A stretch of DNA of 64,000 bases from an uncultured Nitrospiraceae bacterium (GTDB taxonomy: Bacteria > Nitrospirota > Nitrospiria > Nitrospirales > Nitrospiraceae), in NCBI GenBank assembly GCA_963730935.1, contig CAVSTP010000004.1:1632001-1696000 (forward strand), written 5' to 3'. Below, piece by piece: positions 28,144-42,996 of the stretch. Position 1 is the first letter of the stretch; the number at the start of each line of letters is the position of its first letter. A program made the position numbers and the translations under genes. Below the pieces are notes generated by a model. That model was given only the letters and a program-made list of their open reading frames with translations. It did not search any database and was not told the DNA's origin.

Positions 28144-29859
28144 TCACCAACGGCGGGCCGAGGCCAGCAATGTACTGACCTCCTCCGGAGCAAGAGGTTT
28201 GGCGAAGAAATACCCTTGGCCGTATTCGCAGCCCAGCGACCGCAAAATGACCAGATGCTCAGCGGTCTCGACACCTTCGGCGATGACCTGCCGCCCCAGT
28301 TGATGGGCCAGCGCGATGATGGTTTTCACGATGGCGAGCGCGTCGTCCTCCGTGCCCAGACGGCGGACAAACGACTGGTCGATCTTGAGAAACCGGATGG
28401 CCAGCTGCTGTAGATGGCTCAATGAAGAATACCCGGTCCCGAAATCGTCCAAGCAGGTGTCGACCTGTTGCGCCTTGATCTCGGCAAGCACCTGACTGAC
28501 GGCTTCGGGGCTTTTCATCATCTCCGACTCGGTGATTTCAATCTTCAGGTTCGAGGCCTCGAGACCGGTACGGTCAATCACCTGTCGGATCAGGTGGGCC
28601 AGATGGTTCTGAGCGAAGTGTTCGATCGAAAAATTCACGCTGACGGACAGCGGACGGATCTTCGGGAACTGCTCTTGCCACAGCTTGAGTTGACGGCAGG
28701 CTTCGCCGAGACTCCATTCGCCGATATTCTTCATCAGTCCCAATTCCGCGGCGACGTGTAAGAACGCATCGGGCCTGGTCAACCCATGTTCTGGGTGCTG
28801 CCATCGAAGCAACGATTCGAAGCCCGCCACCCGACCCTCCTTCAGGTCGATGATGGGCTGATACGCTAGCCTGAACTCTTTACGGTCCAACGCCTGGCGC
28901 AAATCCCCTTCGATCTTCAGACGGGCCATGGCCTGTTGATGCATGGCCTTATCGAAAATGACGAAGCCGGAGCGGCCTGCCTCCTTGGCCTGCAGCATGG
29001 CCGCCGTTGCATCTCTCAGCAGATGTTCCCCGCTTTCATATCCGGCATGACTGCAGGCGATGCCGATACAAGGCGTCAGAAAGACTTCACCCTGTTCCAG
29101 CACAAACGGCGCTGCAAATTCCTGTTGCACACGATCGGCCACACGCGTGGCATTGCTCACGGCTTTCAGATTATCGATGAGCAGCGTGAAGGCGTCCCCT
29201 TCCATTCGGGCCACCGTATCGGCGGAGCGCACCCGGCGCAGAATCCGTTGGCTCACCTCGATCAGCAGCCGGTCGGCGGGAGAAGGGCCCAGTCCGCTGT
29301 GGACCATCTTGAAGCCGTCCAGGTTCAGGTGCAGGAGCGCAAACAAATGACCGGGCTGGCGGCGGCTCTGCAGAAATACACGTTCCAGCCGGTCCATGAA
29401 CAAAGCACGATTCGGCAAGCCGGTCACCGAATCGTGGAATGTTTCCAGAAACAGCCGCTGCTCGGCCTGGCGCTTCTCCTCGAGGAGCCGTTTGCGCTCA
29501 AGTGCTTGGGTGACGGCATGGCCAAGCCGCCCGAGCCGGTCCTTCAGGAGATAATCGGCGGCGCCTGCTTTCATGCATTCCACGGCCATTTCTTCGCCGA
29601 TACAGCCGGAGACGATAATGAACGGGAGGTCCAATCCCCGCTCTTTCATCAGCCGGAGCGCATCCCGGGCGGTAAACTGCGGCATCGAATAATCGGACAG
29701 AATAAAATCAGGAGGCTGGTCGAGTTCTCGAAGATATGCGTCTTTGCTCTCGACGCGGCGGAAGCTGAGGTCAAACCCCGACTCGCGAAGCGCTTCGATC
29801 ATCAGCTCCGCGTCGGCCGGGGAATCTTCCAGCAGCAGGAGATTGAGGCTCGTGGACAT
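28144..29859 (-). CDS. REC-GGDEF(degenerate)-EAL response regulator, probable c-di-GMP phosphodiesterase
   Basis: REC (LLEDS, SDYSMP), HDSVTGLPNR, EGDAF in place of GGDEF, EAL domain with ESLLRW, EITES, DDFGTGYSS, IAEGVET. Confidence 0.9.
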   Translation of the reverse strand: MSTSLNLLLLEDSPADAELMIEALRESGFDLSFRRVESKDAYLRELDQPPDFILSDYSMPQFTARDALRLMKERGLDLPFIIVSGCIGEEMAVECMKAGAADYLLKDRLGRLGHAVTQALERKRLLEEKRQAEQRLFLETFHDSVTGLPNRALFMDRLERVFLQSRRQPGHLFALLHLNLDGFKMVHSGLGPSPADRLLIEVSQRILRRVRSADTVARMEGDAFTLLIDNLKAVSNATRVADRVQQEFAAPFVLEQGEVFLTPCIGIACSHAGYESGEHLLRDATAAMLQAKEAGRSGFVIFDKAMHQQAMARLKIEGDLRQALDRKEFRLAYQPIIDLKEGRVAGFESLLRWQHPEHGLTRPDAFLHVAAELGLMKNIGEWSLGEACRQLKLWQEQFPKIRPLSVSVNFSIEHFAQNHLAHLIRQVIDRTGLEASNLKIEITESEMMKSPEAVSQVLAEIKAQQVDTCLDDFGTGYSSLSHLQQLAIRFLKIDQSFVRRLGTEDDALAIVKTIIALAHQLGRQVIAEGVETAEHLVILRSLGCEYGQGYFFAKPLAPEEVSTLLASARRW

Positions 29860-30064
29860 GCCTTTCCTAGAATGAATGACGTGACACACCTTTTCTCGGG
29901 AAGCGGCCCTGACCCGTGGATCTGCAGCAGTACGCAGTATAGTGCGGGATGAGCCCCCGGCAAACGAAATCCTCTAAATCACAACCACTTAGGTGAGAAC
30001 CCTGGTGGGACAATCGACGACAATCTTCGGAAAGGATTCCAAATATACAGCCAGCAAGACGTGG

Positions 30065-30370
30065 CTACACGATTTGTTCGGCGGCCCATGAGAACACTCG
30101 CAGTGCTGGCTTCTCCCAACCGGGATGTTTGGCCGCTTCTTCATACCACTGCTTGACCGCCTTGCTCACACGCCCCGCACGTTCAGGATCCAAGGAGACC
30201 CAGATGATCGAATTGGTCCCCGGATAGAAGGCCAATCCTTCGGCTGGGCCGGTCTGGCCATACCCGACCGTTTCATTCACCTCGGTGAATGCCTTGATGT
30301 CGCATCGGTGCAGTAAGTCATGCACCCGTTCTTTGAGCGACGTCCGGAAGACGACCATGAGCATGTGCAT
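30065..30370 (-). CDS. P-II-like small protein
   Basis: About 100 aa, AFTEVNETVGYGQTG...YPGTNS pattern resembling P-II superfamily members; AAGGAGGG SD. Confidence 0.6.
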   Translation of the reverse strand: MHMLMVVFRTSLKERVHDLLHRCDIKAFTEVNETVGYGQTGPAEGLAFYPGTNSIIWVSLDPERAGRVSKAVKQWYEEAAKHPGWEKPALRVFSWAAEQIV

Positions 30371-30437
30371 ACGTCATTCCCTCCTTGGTCATTTGGATAG
30401 GCAGATGACCCACCGGCCGTCGAGAGAGGAATGGCCT

Positions 30438-30875
30438 TCACAAGCGGTCTTCATCTAATTCGATCACTTCGGCCCACGTCGAAACTGACGGCAGCGCACC
30501 GACCGGCACCCCGCGCTTGGCGGCAATTTCGCGAAGTCGTCCCTGGAACCGTTGGCGAGCCGCATCGTCCTTCGGCCGTGAGGACAATAGAATATGATTC
30601 CATTGCGCAATCTCTTCCGGCGTCCGCGGCTCACCTTGCGCTTGGATCCAATCCAGTAACTCCTGGTCGGATCCGCCCGCCAGCACGCGCGATTCCAATG
30701 CCTTCGCATCGATGCGGAGAAAATCGATCAGATGCTTATCGAATCCGACGGTGATGTAATTGTAATCCTGGATCAAGCCCCTGTTTCGAAGACGAATCTT
30801 GTCGATGAACCTGGCGAGGTGCGCGATTCCGCCGAGGAGCATTTTAGGACTGCGCGGATATCCCTGCATATTCAT
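30438..30875 (-). CDS. DUF5069-like protein
   Basis: PRSP..LGGIAHLARFIDKIR, DY, SDQELLDW, IELDE pattern. Confidence 0.75.
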   Translation of the reverse strand: MNMQGYPRSPKMLLGGIAHLARFIDKIRLRNRGLIQDYNYITVGFDKHLIDFLRIDAKALESRVLAGGSDQELLDWIQAQGEPRTPEEIAQWNHILLSSRPKDDAARQRFQGRLREIAAKRGVPVGALPSVSTWAEVIELDEDRL

Positions 30876-30930
30876 ACCTACATTTCATCACTTGATATGT
30901 AAATTAGCTATCTATATATTCTGACACAGG

Positions 30931-31605
30931 ATGCTGTGGAATTATGTGAATTTGATCCTAGGAATTCTCCTCCTCATCTTTCCAGGGTGCGTGAAGTATA
31001 AGGGGCCTGGGTACACTCCTAACATTAATCTCACAAAGACTTCGCCGTCCATCCCACTTAAAATCGATTCACGTCCCTTCGTCGATAGTTCACCCCCTGC
31101 AGGCAAAGAAAGCGGATACATGACAGGAAGTGGGTCTTCCGCAACATCTAAAGAAACCCTGAAAGGTGATCTGGCAACGCTCATCACGACTTTGCTTCGA
31201 GGCGAATTCCAGCGGAGCAACTTGTTTGAGGCCATTGATTCCGATCTTCCCACGCCTGACCTGGTCCTATCAGGTACGATTCACCGCTTCTACGAACGCA
31301 CCACGGAGCCGCTCATTGGCCTTTGTTGTGGACTCCTTACGGGTTTCATTGGCCTGCCATTTTTCATTGAAGAAGGAGCAGTCGATCTTGAACCTACGCT
31401 TTCATCTCCAGACGGAACAATTGTGAAGACCTATCGCAAGCAAGCGGACTACGACAAATGGATGAATGCGTATGACGGACGAGCTTGGCATCCGTATAGG
31501 CATGGGTTGTATTTGAACAAACCCATGGCCGAGGTGATGACTCTATTGCGAGATATGATCCTCGCTGATAGAACATTGCTCACGAATTCTAAACCTTCCC
31601 CCTAG
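30931..31605 (+). CDS. Hypothetical lipoprotein, AT-richer than flanks
   Basis: Hydrophobic N-terminus with FPGC; internal hydrophobic segment; atypical codon usage. Confidence 0.7.
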   Translation: MLWNYVNLILGILLLIFPGCVKYKGPGYTPNINLTKTSPSIPLKIDSRPFVDSSPPAGKESGYMTGSGSSATSKETLKGDLATLITTLLRGEFQRSNLFEAIDSDLPTPDLVLSGTIHRFYERTTEPLIGLCCGLLTGFIGLPFFIEEGAVDLEPTLSSPDGTIVKTYRKQADYDKWMNAYDGRAWHPYRHGLYLNKPMAEVMTLLRDMILADRTLLTNSKPSP

Positions 31606-31704
31606 CCTCTGCTCTCGAACGCGACGCTGCCTCAATCTGTTCAGCGGCGAGAAACGGGAACAGGCTACTTTTCAATTAGAATGTTGTCAATGATGTGCCC
31701 TCTA

Positions 31705-31828
31705 CAGGCCGCTCAAAACGGCTTTCCAACAAGGCCGCAGCGAGCGAGAGCCCGAGGCGTACGGTTCGAGGTCCGTTGAGGGTTTGAGCGGAGCGAGAAC
31801 GCAGTTGGAGGCCGTTTTCAGCGGCCTG
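31705..31828. repeat. 124-bp palindromic REP/MITE-like element
   Basis: Imperfect ~25-bp terminal inverted repeats (CAGGCCGCTCAAAACGGCTTTCCAAC / GTTGGAGGCCGTTTTCAGCGGCCTG); overlaps the gltD stop. Confidence 0.75.
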
Positions 31829-33251
31829 ACTTGGCGGATTTGCCGGCGAGCAGATACTTATCAATCCCGGCTGCCATTTTTCGGCCTTCCGCGATCGCCC
31901 ACACGATGAGGGAGGCACCACGTTTCGTGTCGCCGCCGGCAAAGACGCCGTCAAGGCTGGTCATGAAGTTGTCGTCGACCTCGACGGTGCCGCGCGCGTC
32001 GTATTTCACGCCGAGACTGTCGAGCAGGCCGTTCTTGACCGGACCGGTGAACCCCATGGCAAGTAACACCAAATCCACATCCATCTCAAATTCGGTATTC
32101 GGAACCGGCGTAAATTTGCCGCCTTCGAATTTCACCCGTTGCCCGTGGAGCTTGGTGATGTGGCCATTGTGTCCGGTAAACTTTGTCGTCGACACGCTCC
32201 ACTGCCGGTCACAGCCTTCTTCATGCGCATGGGACGTCCGCAACTGCATCGGCCAGAGCGGCCACGGCGTCGAGTCGGCACGTGCGGGAGGCGGTTCCGG
32301 CAGCAATTCGAACTGGTGCACTTCCACACAGCCTTGACGGTGCGTCGTTCCCAGACAATCCGATCCGGTATCACCGCCGCCGATAATGACGACCCGCTTG
32401 CCCTTGGCCGTAATCGGCTCGTCGCTGATGGGAATTCCAGCCGTGCGCTTGTTTTGCTGCGTGAGATAGTCCATCGCCAGATGCACGCCCTTCATGTCCC
32501 GTCCGGGGATCGGCAGCTCGCGGGCCTGCTCAGCCCCCATCGTGAGGCCCACCGCATCGAACTGAGCGCGCAGCTGTTCGCCCGTAATGTGCTTGCCGAC
32601 CGCCACGCCCGTCCTGAACTCCACTCCTTCGGCCTTGAGTTGCTCCAACCGGCGGTCGATCACCCACTTTTCCATCTTAAAATCGGGAATGCCGTAGCGC
32701 AGGAGGCCGCCGATGCGGTCGGCCTTTTCGAACAGCGTCACGCTGTGGCCCGCGCGGGCGAGTTGCTGCGCGGCGGCCAATCCGGCAGGGCCGGAACCCA
32801 CAATCGCAACCGTTTTCCCCGTCTTGACCACGGGAAGAACAGGGAACACCAGCCCCTCGTTGAACCCGCGATCGACGATGTTCCATTCGATCACGCGGAT
32901 CGACACCGGGTCCTCGTTGATCCCGAGCACGCAGGCGCCTTCGCAAGGAGCGGGACAGAGGCGGCCGGTGAATTCAGGAAAGTTATTCGTCGTGTGCAGC
33001 GTCTTCAGCGCGTCCTTCCATCGCCCGCGGTACACGAGGTCGTTCCATTCGGGGATCAGATTTACCACCGGGCAACCGGTATTTCCCTGACAGAAGGGCA
33101 CTCCGCAATCCATGCAGCGCGCACCCTGGATCTTGAGCTTGTCCTCGGAGATCGGCTCGTACATCTCCTTCCAATCGAGGACGCGCAGCTCGACTGGTTT
33201 TCGTTTAGGGCCCTCGCGGGCGTATTTCATGAAGCCTTTTGGGTCACCCAT
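31818..33251 (-). CDS. gltD: Glutamate synthase small subunit
   Basis: RCMDCGVPFC, NNFPEFTGRLCPAPCE, GSGPAG, GGGDTGSDC, SLIVWAIAEGR. Confidence 0.96.
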   Translation of the reverse strand: MGDPKGFMKYAREGPKRKPVELRVLDWKEMYEPISEDKLKIQGARCMDCGVPFCQGNTGCPVVNLIPEWNDLVYRGRWKDALKTLHTTNNFPEFTGRLCPAPCEGACVLGINEDPVSIRVIEWNIVDRGFNEGLVFPVLPVVKTGKTVAIVGSGPAGLAAAQQLARAGHSVTLFEKADRIGGLLRYGIPDFKMEKWVIDRRLEQLKAEGVEFRTGVAVGKHITGEQLRAQFDAVGLTMGAEQARELPIPGRDMKGVHLAMDYLTQQNKRTAGIPISDEPITAKGKRVVIIGGGDTGSDCLGTTHRQGCVEVHQFELLPEPPPARADSTPWPLWPMQLRTSHAHEEGCDRQWSVSTTKFTGHNGHITKLHGQRVKFEGGKFTPVPNTEFEMDVDLVLLAMGFTGPVKNGLLDSLGVKYDARGTVEVDDNFMTSLDGVFAGGDTKRGASLIVWAIAEGRKMAAGIDKYLLAGKSAKSGR

Positions 33252-33310
33252 GGCGTATCAGTCTTTGTATGCCAATTGATTCCACATTACCTTGAACTCA
33301 AAACCCTCGA

Positions 33311-33425
33311 TCTCACCCGCCCGACCCCGCGCACGCCTGGACGTGCGCTTCACCCAAACTCACCCGCCACCCTACGCATCTTCTCACCCGCCCGCCTAGG
33401 CCTGCCAGGACAGGTCCTTCCACAA
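33311..33425 (+). repeat. Two copies (plus a partial) of a TCTCACCCGCCC-hairpin element
   Basis: Copies at 33311-33357 and 33381-33425; partial CTCACCCGCC at about 33359. Confidence 0.7.
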
Positions 33426-33441
33426 GCGACGTGCGCTCGTT

Positions 33442-37960
<4,519 letters not shown>

Positions 37961-38181
37961 GTTACCTATCTCGTGAGAAAGGCAGGTCTTTTTCCTGCTG
38001 GGTAGAGGCCCTATCGAGAGGACTCAGGGGACGCGGAACCTCGTTCCTCCTGAGGCATGATTCCATTAGAAATCGTGCGTCAGATTAATGGAAGGGTGAT
38101 TCTTCTGTCAAGACGACCAATGCATGGATTTCGTTGCGATTCCCTTGACTTTGTTTCCTCCGCTGCCCTACCATCCGCCGC

Positions 38182-39186
38182 ATGCCACAGGGTCCTGTCA
38201 CCTCCACGATTCACACGATGGCGGACGTCTGGGACGCCTATCGGAATGAACTTGAGGGGGTTGAAGACCGGATCCACAAGAATCTTACCTCTAGCGTGGC
38301 CCTCGTCAATACGGTTGCGGCACACATCCTCAATAGCGGCGGCAAACGCATCCGACCCCTGCTTCTCCTGCTGTCTGCGCGTCTCTGCGGCTACACCGGC
38401 CGTGAACATCACCAACTCGGGAGCCTGGTGGAATTCATCCATACCGCCACCCTCCTGCACGACGACGTCGTGGACGATGCCGAGATCCGAAGGGGCCGTC
38501 AAACCGCACGAAAAGTCTGGGGAAATCAAGTCAGCATCCTGGTCGGCGACTATCTGTATTCCAAGGCCATGTGCCAGGTTGTCGAGTTCCGAAGCCAGCG
38601 GATCAATGAGGTGCTCGCCGAGGCCTGCAAGAAGATGGCGGAGGGCGAAGTCCTTCAACTCTACTACAACGACAATCCGGCGATGCCGGAGGCCGATTAC
38701 ATTAAAATCGTCGAGCATAAGACGGCGGGACTGATTGCGGCTTCCTGCCGGATGGGTGCGATCCTGGCCGAGGCATCGGACGCCCAGCAGGACTGCCTAT
38801 TTCGCTTCGGACAGTATCTGGGCATCGCGTTCCAAGTCGTTGATGACACCCTGGATTACACGGCCAACGGCACTTCGTTGGGCAAGACGCTCGGACAGGA
38901 CCTCCGTCAGGGCAAAGCGACGCTGCCGCTGCTTCATTTGCTGAACCATTGCTCGGACACTGATCGGCAGATGATCAAGGACCGCATGGAGACACGGACA
39001 TTGACGGAGGACGACTTACAACGGTTGATCGGCCTCATGGACGAGTACGGATCCATCGTGTATGCCTTGGACCATGCTCAAGCCTACATCACCGCGGCCA
39101 AGCGAGAGTTGGGCGAGTTCGACGATGGTACCGCTCGACGGGCCCTCTCGGTAGCCGCTGACTACATGGTGACCCGCGACCGATAG
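38182..39186 (+). CDS. ispB: Polyprenyl (octaprenyl-type) diphosphate synthase
   Basis: GGKRIRP, LLHDDVVD...RRG, KTA, FQVVDDTLD, GKATLP. Confidence 0.88.
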   Translation: MPQGPVTSTIHTMADVWDAYRNELEGVEDRIHKNLTSSVALVNTVAAHILNSGGKRIRPLLLLLSARLCGYTGREHHQLGSLVEFIHTATLLHDDVVDDAEIRRGRQTARKVWGNQVSILVGDYLYSKAMCQVVEFRSQRINEVLAEACKKMAEGEVLQLYYNDNPAMPEADYIKIVEHKTAGLIAASCRMGAILAEASDAQQDCLFRFGQYLGIAFQVVDDTLDYTANGTSLGKTLGQDLRQGKATLPLLHLLNHCSDTDRQMIKDRMETRTLTEDDLQRLIGLMDEYGSIVYALDHAQAYITAAKRELGEFDDGTARRALSVAADYMVTRDR

Positions 39187-39355
39187 CCGCTTCCGCGTGG
39201 CCGGTGCCGTTCGGCATCCGGCGGGCAGCGCGGAACAGCGGCCCAGCCATCACAGTTTGTCCAGCACGCCGTCTGTGGAGCGTATGTCGGTCGTACGCAA
39301 CGCGATGTGAGCGCACCGCTGGCGGACTTTCAATCCAACAGAGAAGAGGGAACGC

Positions 39356-40678
39356 ATGGCACAGATTATTCCGTTTCGTGGGACCGTGTATGACCAAGCG
39401 GTGGTCGGCGCTATCAGCGACGTCGTCGCGCCCCCTTATGACATCATCGATGCCGCGGGACAGAAGGCGCTGCATGACCGGCATCCGCAGAACATCATCC
39501 GGCTCGAGCTCGGCATCGATCATCCCGGCGATGACACCACGAGCAACCGATATACGCGCGCCGCAGACACGCTGCGATCCTGGATCACCGGCGGGGCACT
39601 CAAGCGGGACGCTCAACCGGCCATCTACTACCATACGATCGAATATGCTCCTCCGTCTTCCGATGCGCGCGCCCCGAGAAAGACGCTGCGCGGATTCCTG
39701 ACGACCACGAAACTCGAGCCGCTGGACTCCGGCCAGATCTATCCGCACGAAAACACGAGATCGGCCGCGAAGACCGACCGGCTGAACCTGCTCAAAGCCT
39801 GCAAGGCGAATTTGAGCCCCATTTGGCTGCTCTACTCTGATCCGCAGAACGCGATTCTCGGACTGCTCGAACGGGCCGTCAAAGGCCAGCCGCCACGAAT
39901 TGATTTTCAGGACGATAACGGATGCCGGCAGCAACTCTGGGCGGTCACTGACCCAGCCGTGCTCGGGCAGATCGTGGACATCATGGGCAGAAAGCCGCTC
40001 TTCATTGCCGACGGCCACCATCGGTATGAAACGGCGCTGAACTATCAGCGCTTCCGCCGGGAACAGGCCGGGACATCGAATGCGCTCAAACCCTACGACG
40101 GGGTGCTGATGCTCTTGTCGCCGCTTGAGGATCCGGGCTTGACGGTGCTGCCTACCCACCGGGTCACGACGACTCCGCTGCCGCCCTATGCCGCCATCAA
40201 GTCGAAGCTCAGCGACACATTCGATTTCAAGGAGTTCCCCTTCTCGAGCGAAAACACGCCGGCAGTGCGGGCGCAATTCATCGATGCGTTGCGCACACAC
40301 GGACGCACGACGCCGACCTTCGGCCTTGCGCTCAAGGGGGAAAACCGCTATGTGACACTCGCTCTCAGACCGGCGCATCGTCCGGATGCGAACGCTTCCC
40401 CACGTGCCAAACTCGATGTCTCGCTGCTTCAGCAGCTTGTGGTCAGCACACTCTGTCCGACACAGCAAGAGCAGGAAGCCATCCTCTATACGAAGGACGA
40501 CGACGAAGCCCTCGATTGGGCCGCCAATGGAACGGGAACGGGCGCCCTCTTATTGAATGCCACCAAAGTAAGCGAGGTGCAGGCAGTGGCCAAGGCCGGC
40601 GAGCGAATGCCGCACAAGTCGACCTACTTCTATCCGAAGCCCCTGACTGGGTTGGTCCTTCACGTGATGGAAGAATGA
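39356..40678 (+). CDS. DUF1015 family protein
   Basis: IIPFRG, APPYDII, PHENT, IADGHHRYETA, MPHKSTYFYPKPLTGL. Confidence 0.9.
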   Translation: MAQIIPFRGTVYDQAVVGAISDVVAPPYDIIDAAGQKALHDRHPQNIIRLELGIDHPGDDTTSNRYTRAADTLRSWITGGALKRDAQPAIYYHTIEYAPPSSDARAPRKTLRGFLTTTKLEPLDSGQIYPHENTRSAAKTDRLNLLKACKANLSPIWLLYSDPQNAILGLLERAVKGQPPRIDFQDDNGCRQQLWAVTDPAVLGQIVDIMGRKPLFIADGHHRYETALNYQRFRREQAGTSNALKPYDGVLMLLSPLEDPGLTVLPTHRVTTTPLPPYAAIKSKLSDTFDFKEFPFSSENTPAVRAQFIDALRTHGRTTPTFGLALKGENRYVTLALRPAHRPDANASPRAKLDVSLLQQLVVSTLCPTQQEQEAILYTKDDDEALDWAANGTGTGALLLNATKVSEVQAVAKAGERMPHKSTYFYPKPLTGLVLHVMEE

Positions 40679-40708
40679 GCGTCCTTACGGCAGCAAGAGG
40701 AGGCGCGC

Positions 40709-42124
<1,416 letters not shown>

Positions 42125-42178
42125 ACTGTAGCGCGAGAACTCCTGGTTGCTTAGGAGCCTTCGCCGGGAAACGAATTG

Positions 42179-42208
42179 CACTGCCTTCAGTGGACGGGCG
42201 GATGAGAA
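42179..42208 (-). repeat. Degenerate copy of the TCTCACCCGCCC-hairpin element
   Basis: Minus strand TTCTCATCCGCCCGTC followed by CACTG-AAGG-CAGTG. Confidence 0.4.
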
Positions 42209-42228
42209 GAACTTTTTTTCATAGCCTG

Positions 42229-42978
42229 TTAAGCCAACGGGGCAGTGGGAAGCCGTTCACTCAGCCGAATCAGTCCGCTTGACGCATCATGCTCGGCCTG
42301 GGCATAGCGCTCGGGAGTCCCCACGTCGGACCAGTAACCGGTCAACTCGTAGCCCGCCACCACGTCCCCGCGCTGGATCGCCGCAACGTACGCATCGATG
42401 ATGGACGACGGCTTGTCCTTAGGTACATCTCTCAGCAGACGCGGATTGAGAACATGGATCCCGGCAAACATGCGCGGTTTGGTGCCTGCGGCATCCGTCC
42501 GGCCGCGGCCGGTAATGCGAACGATACGGTCGTCCGACTCGACCTCGACCACTCCCCAACGAGCCGCGTCAGGGTCCGATCGCAGGACTAAGGTGGCCGC
42601 CGCCTGACGCCGCTGATGAAACGCGCACAACGCTTCGAGATCCAGTTCAAACAGCGTATCGCCGTTCATCACAAGCACGGGCTCTCCTGAAAAATTCGGC
42701 TCCGCCTGCTTGATCGCTCCGCCCGTTCCGAGAATCACGGGTTCGTGGGAGTAATAGATGCGCAGCCCGTACTTTGATCCGTTGCCGACCGCCTGCTCGA
42801 TCATCGGCCCCAGATGATGCAGGTTGATGATGACGTCGTGGAACCCGTGGCGTTTCAGGAGCAAGAGGTTCCAAACGATGAGGGGCGTTCCGGCAATGGG
42901 GAGCAGCGGCTTGGGGATCGTATTCGTGAGCGGCCTCAACCGTGTGCCGAGGCCGGCCGCGAGGATCATCGCCTTCAT
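42229..42978 (-). CDS. murU: Nucleotidyltransferase, MurU-like
   Basis: MKAMILAAGLGTRLRPLT..PKPL, WSDVGTPE; directly downstream of an amgK-like gene. Confidence 0.72.
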   Translation of the reverse strand: MKAMILAAGLGTRLRPLTNTIPKPLLPIAGTPLIVWNLLLLKRHGFHDVIINLHHLGPMIEQAVGNGSKYGLRIYYSHEPVILGTGGAIKQAEPNFSGEPVLVMNGDTLFELDLEALCAFHQRRQAAATLVLRSDPDAARWGVVEVESDDRIVRITGRGRTDAAGTKPRMFAGIHVLNPRLLRDVPKDKPSSIIDAYVAAIQRGDVVAGYELTGYWSDVGTPERYAQAEHDASSGLIRLSERLPTAPLA

Positions 42979-42996
42979 AAGGACAATGGATCCGTG

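Noticed and set aside
33311..33440. Mini CRISPR array
   Set aside because: The repeats are short, degenerate and irregularly spaced, and there are no cas genes.
39089..40468. 459-aa minus-strand ORF
   Set aside because: Antisense to the DUF1015 gene.
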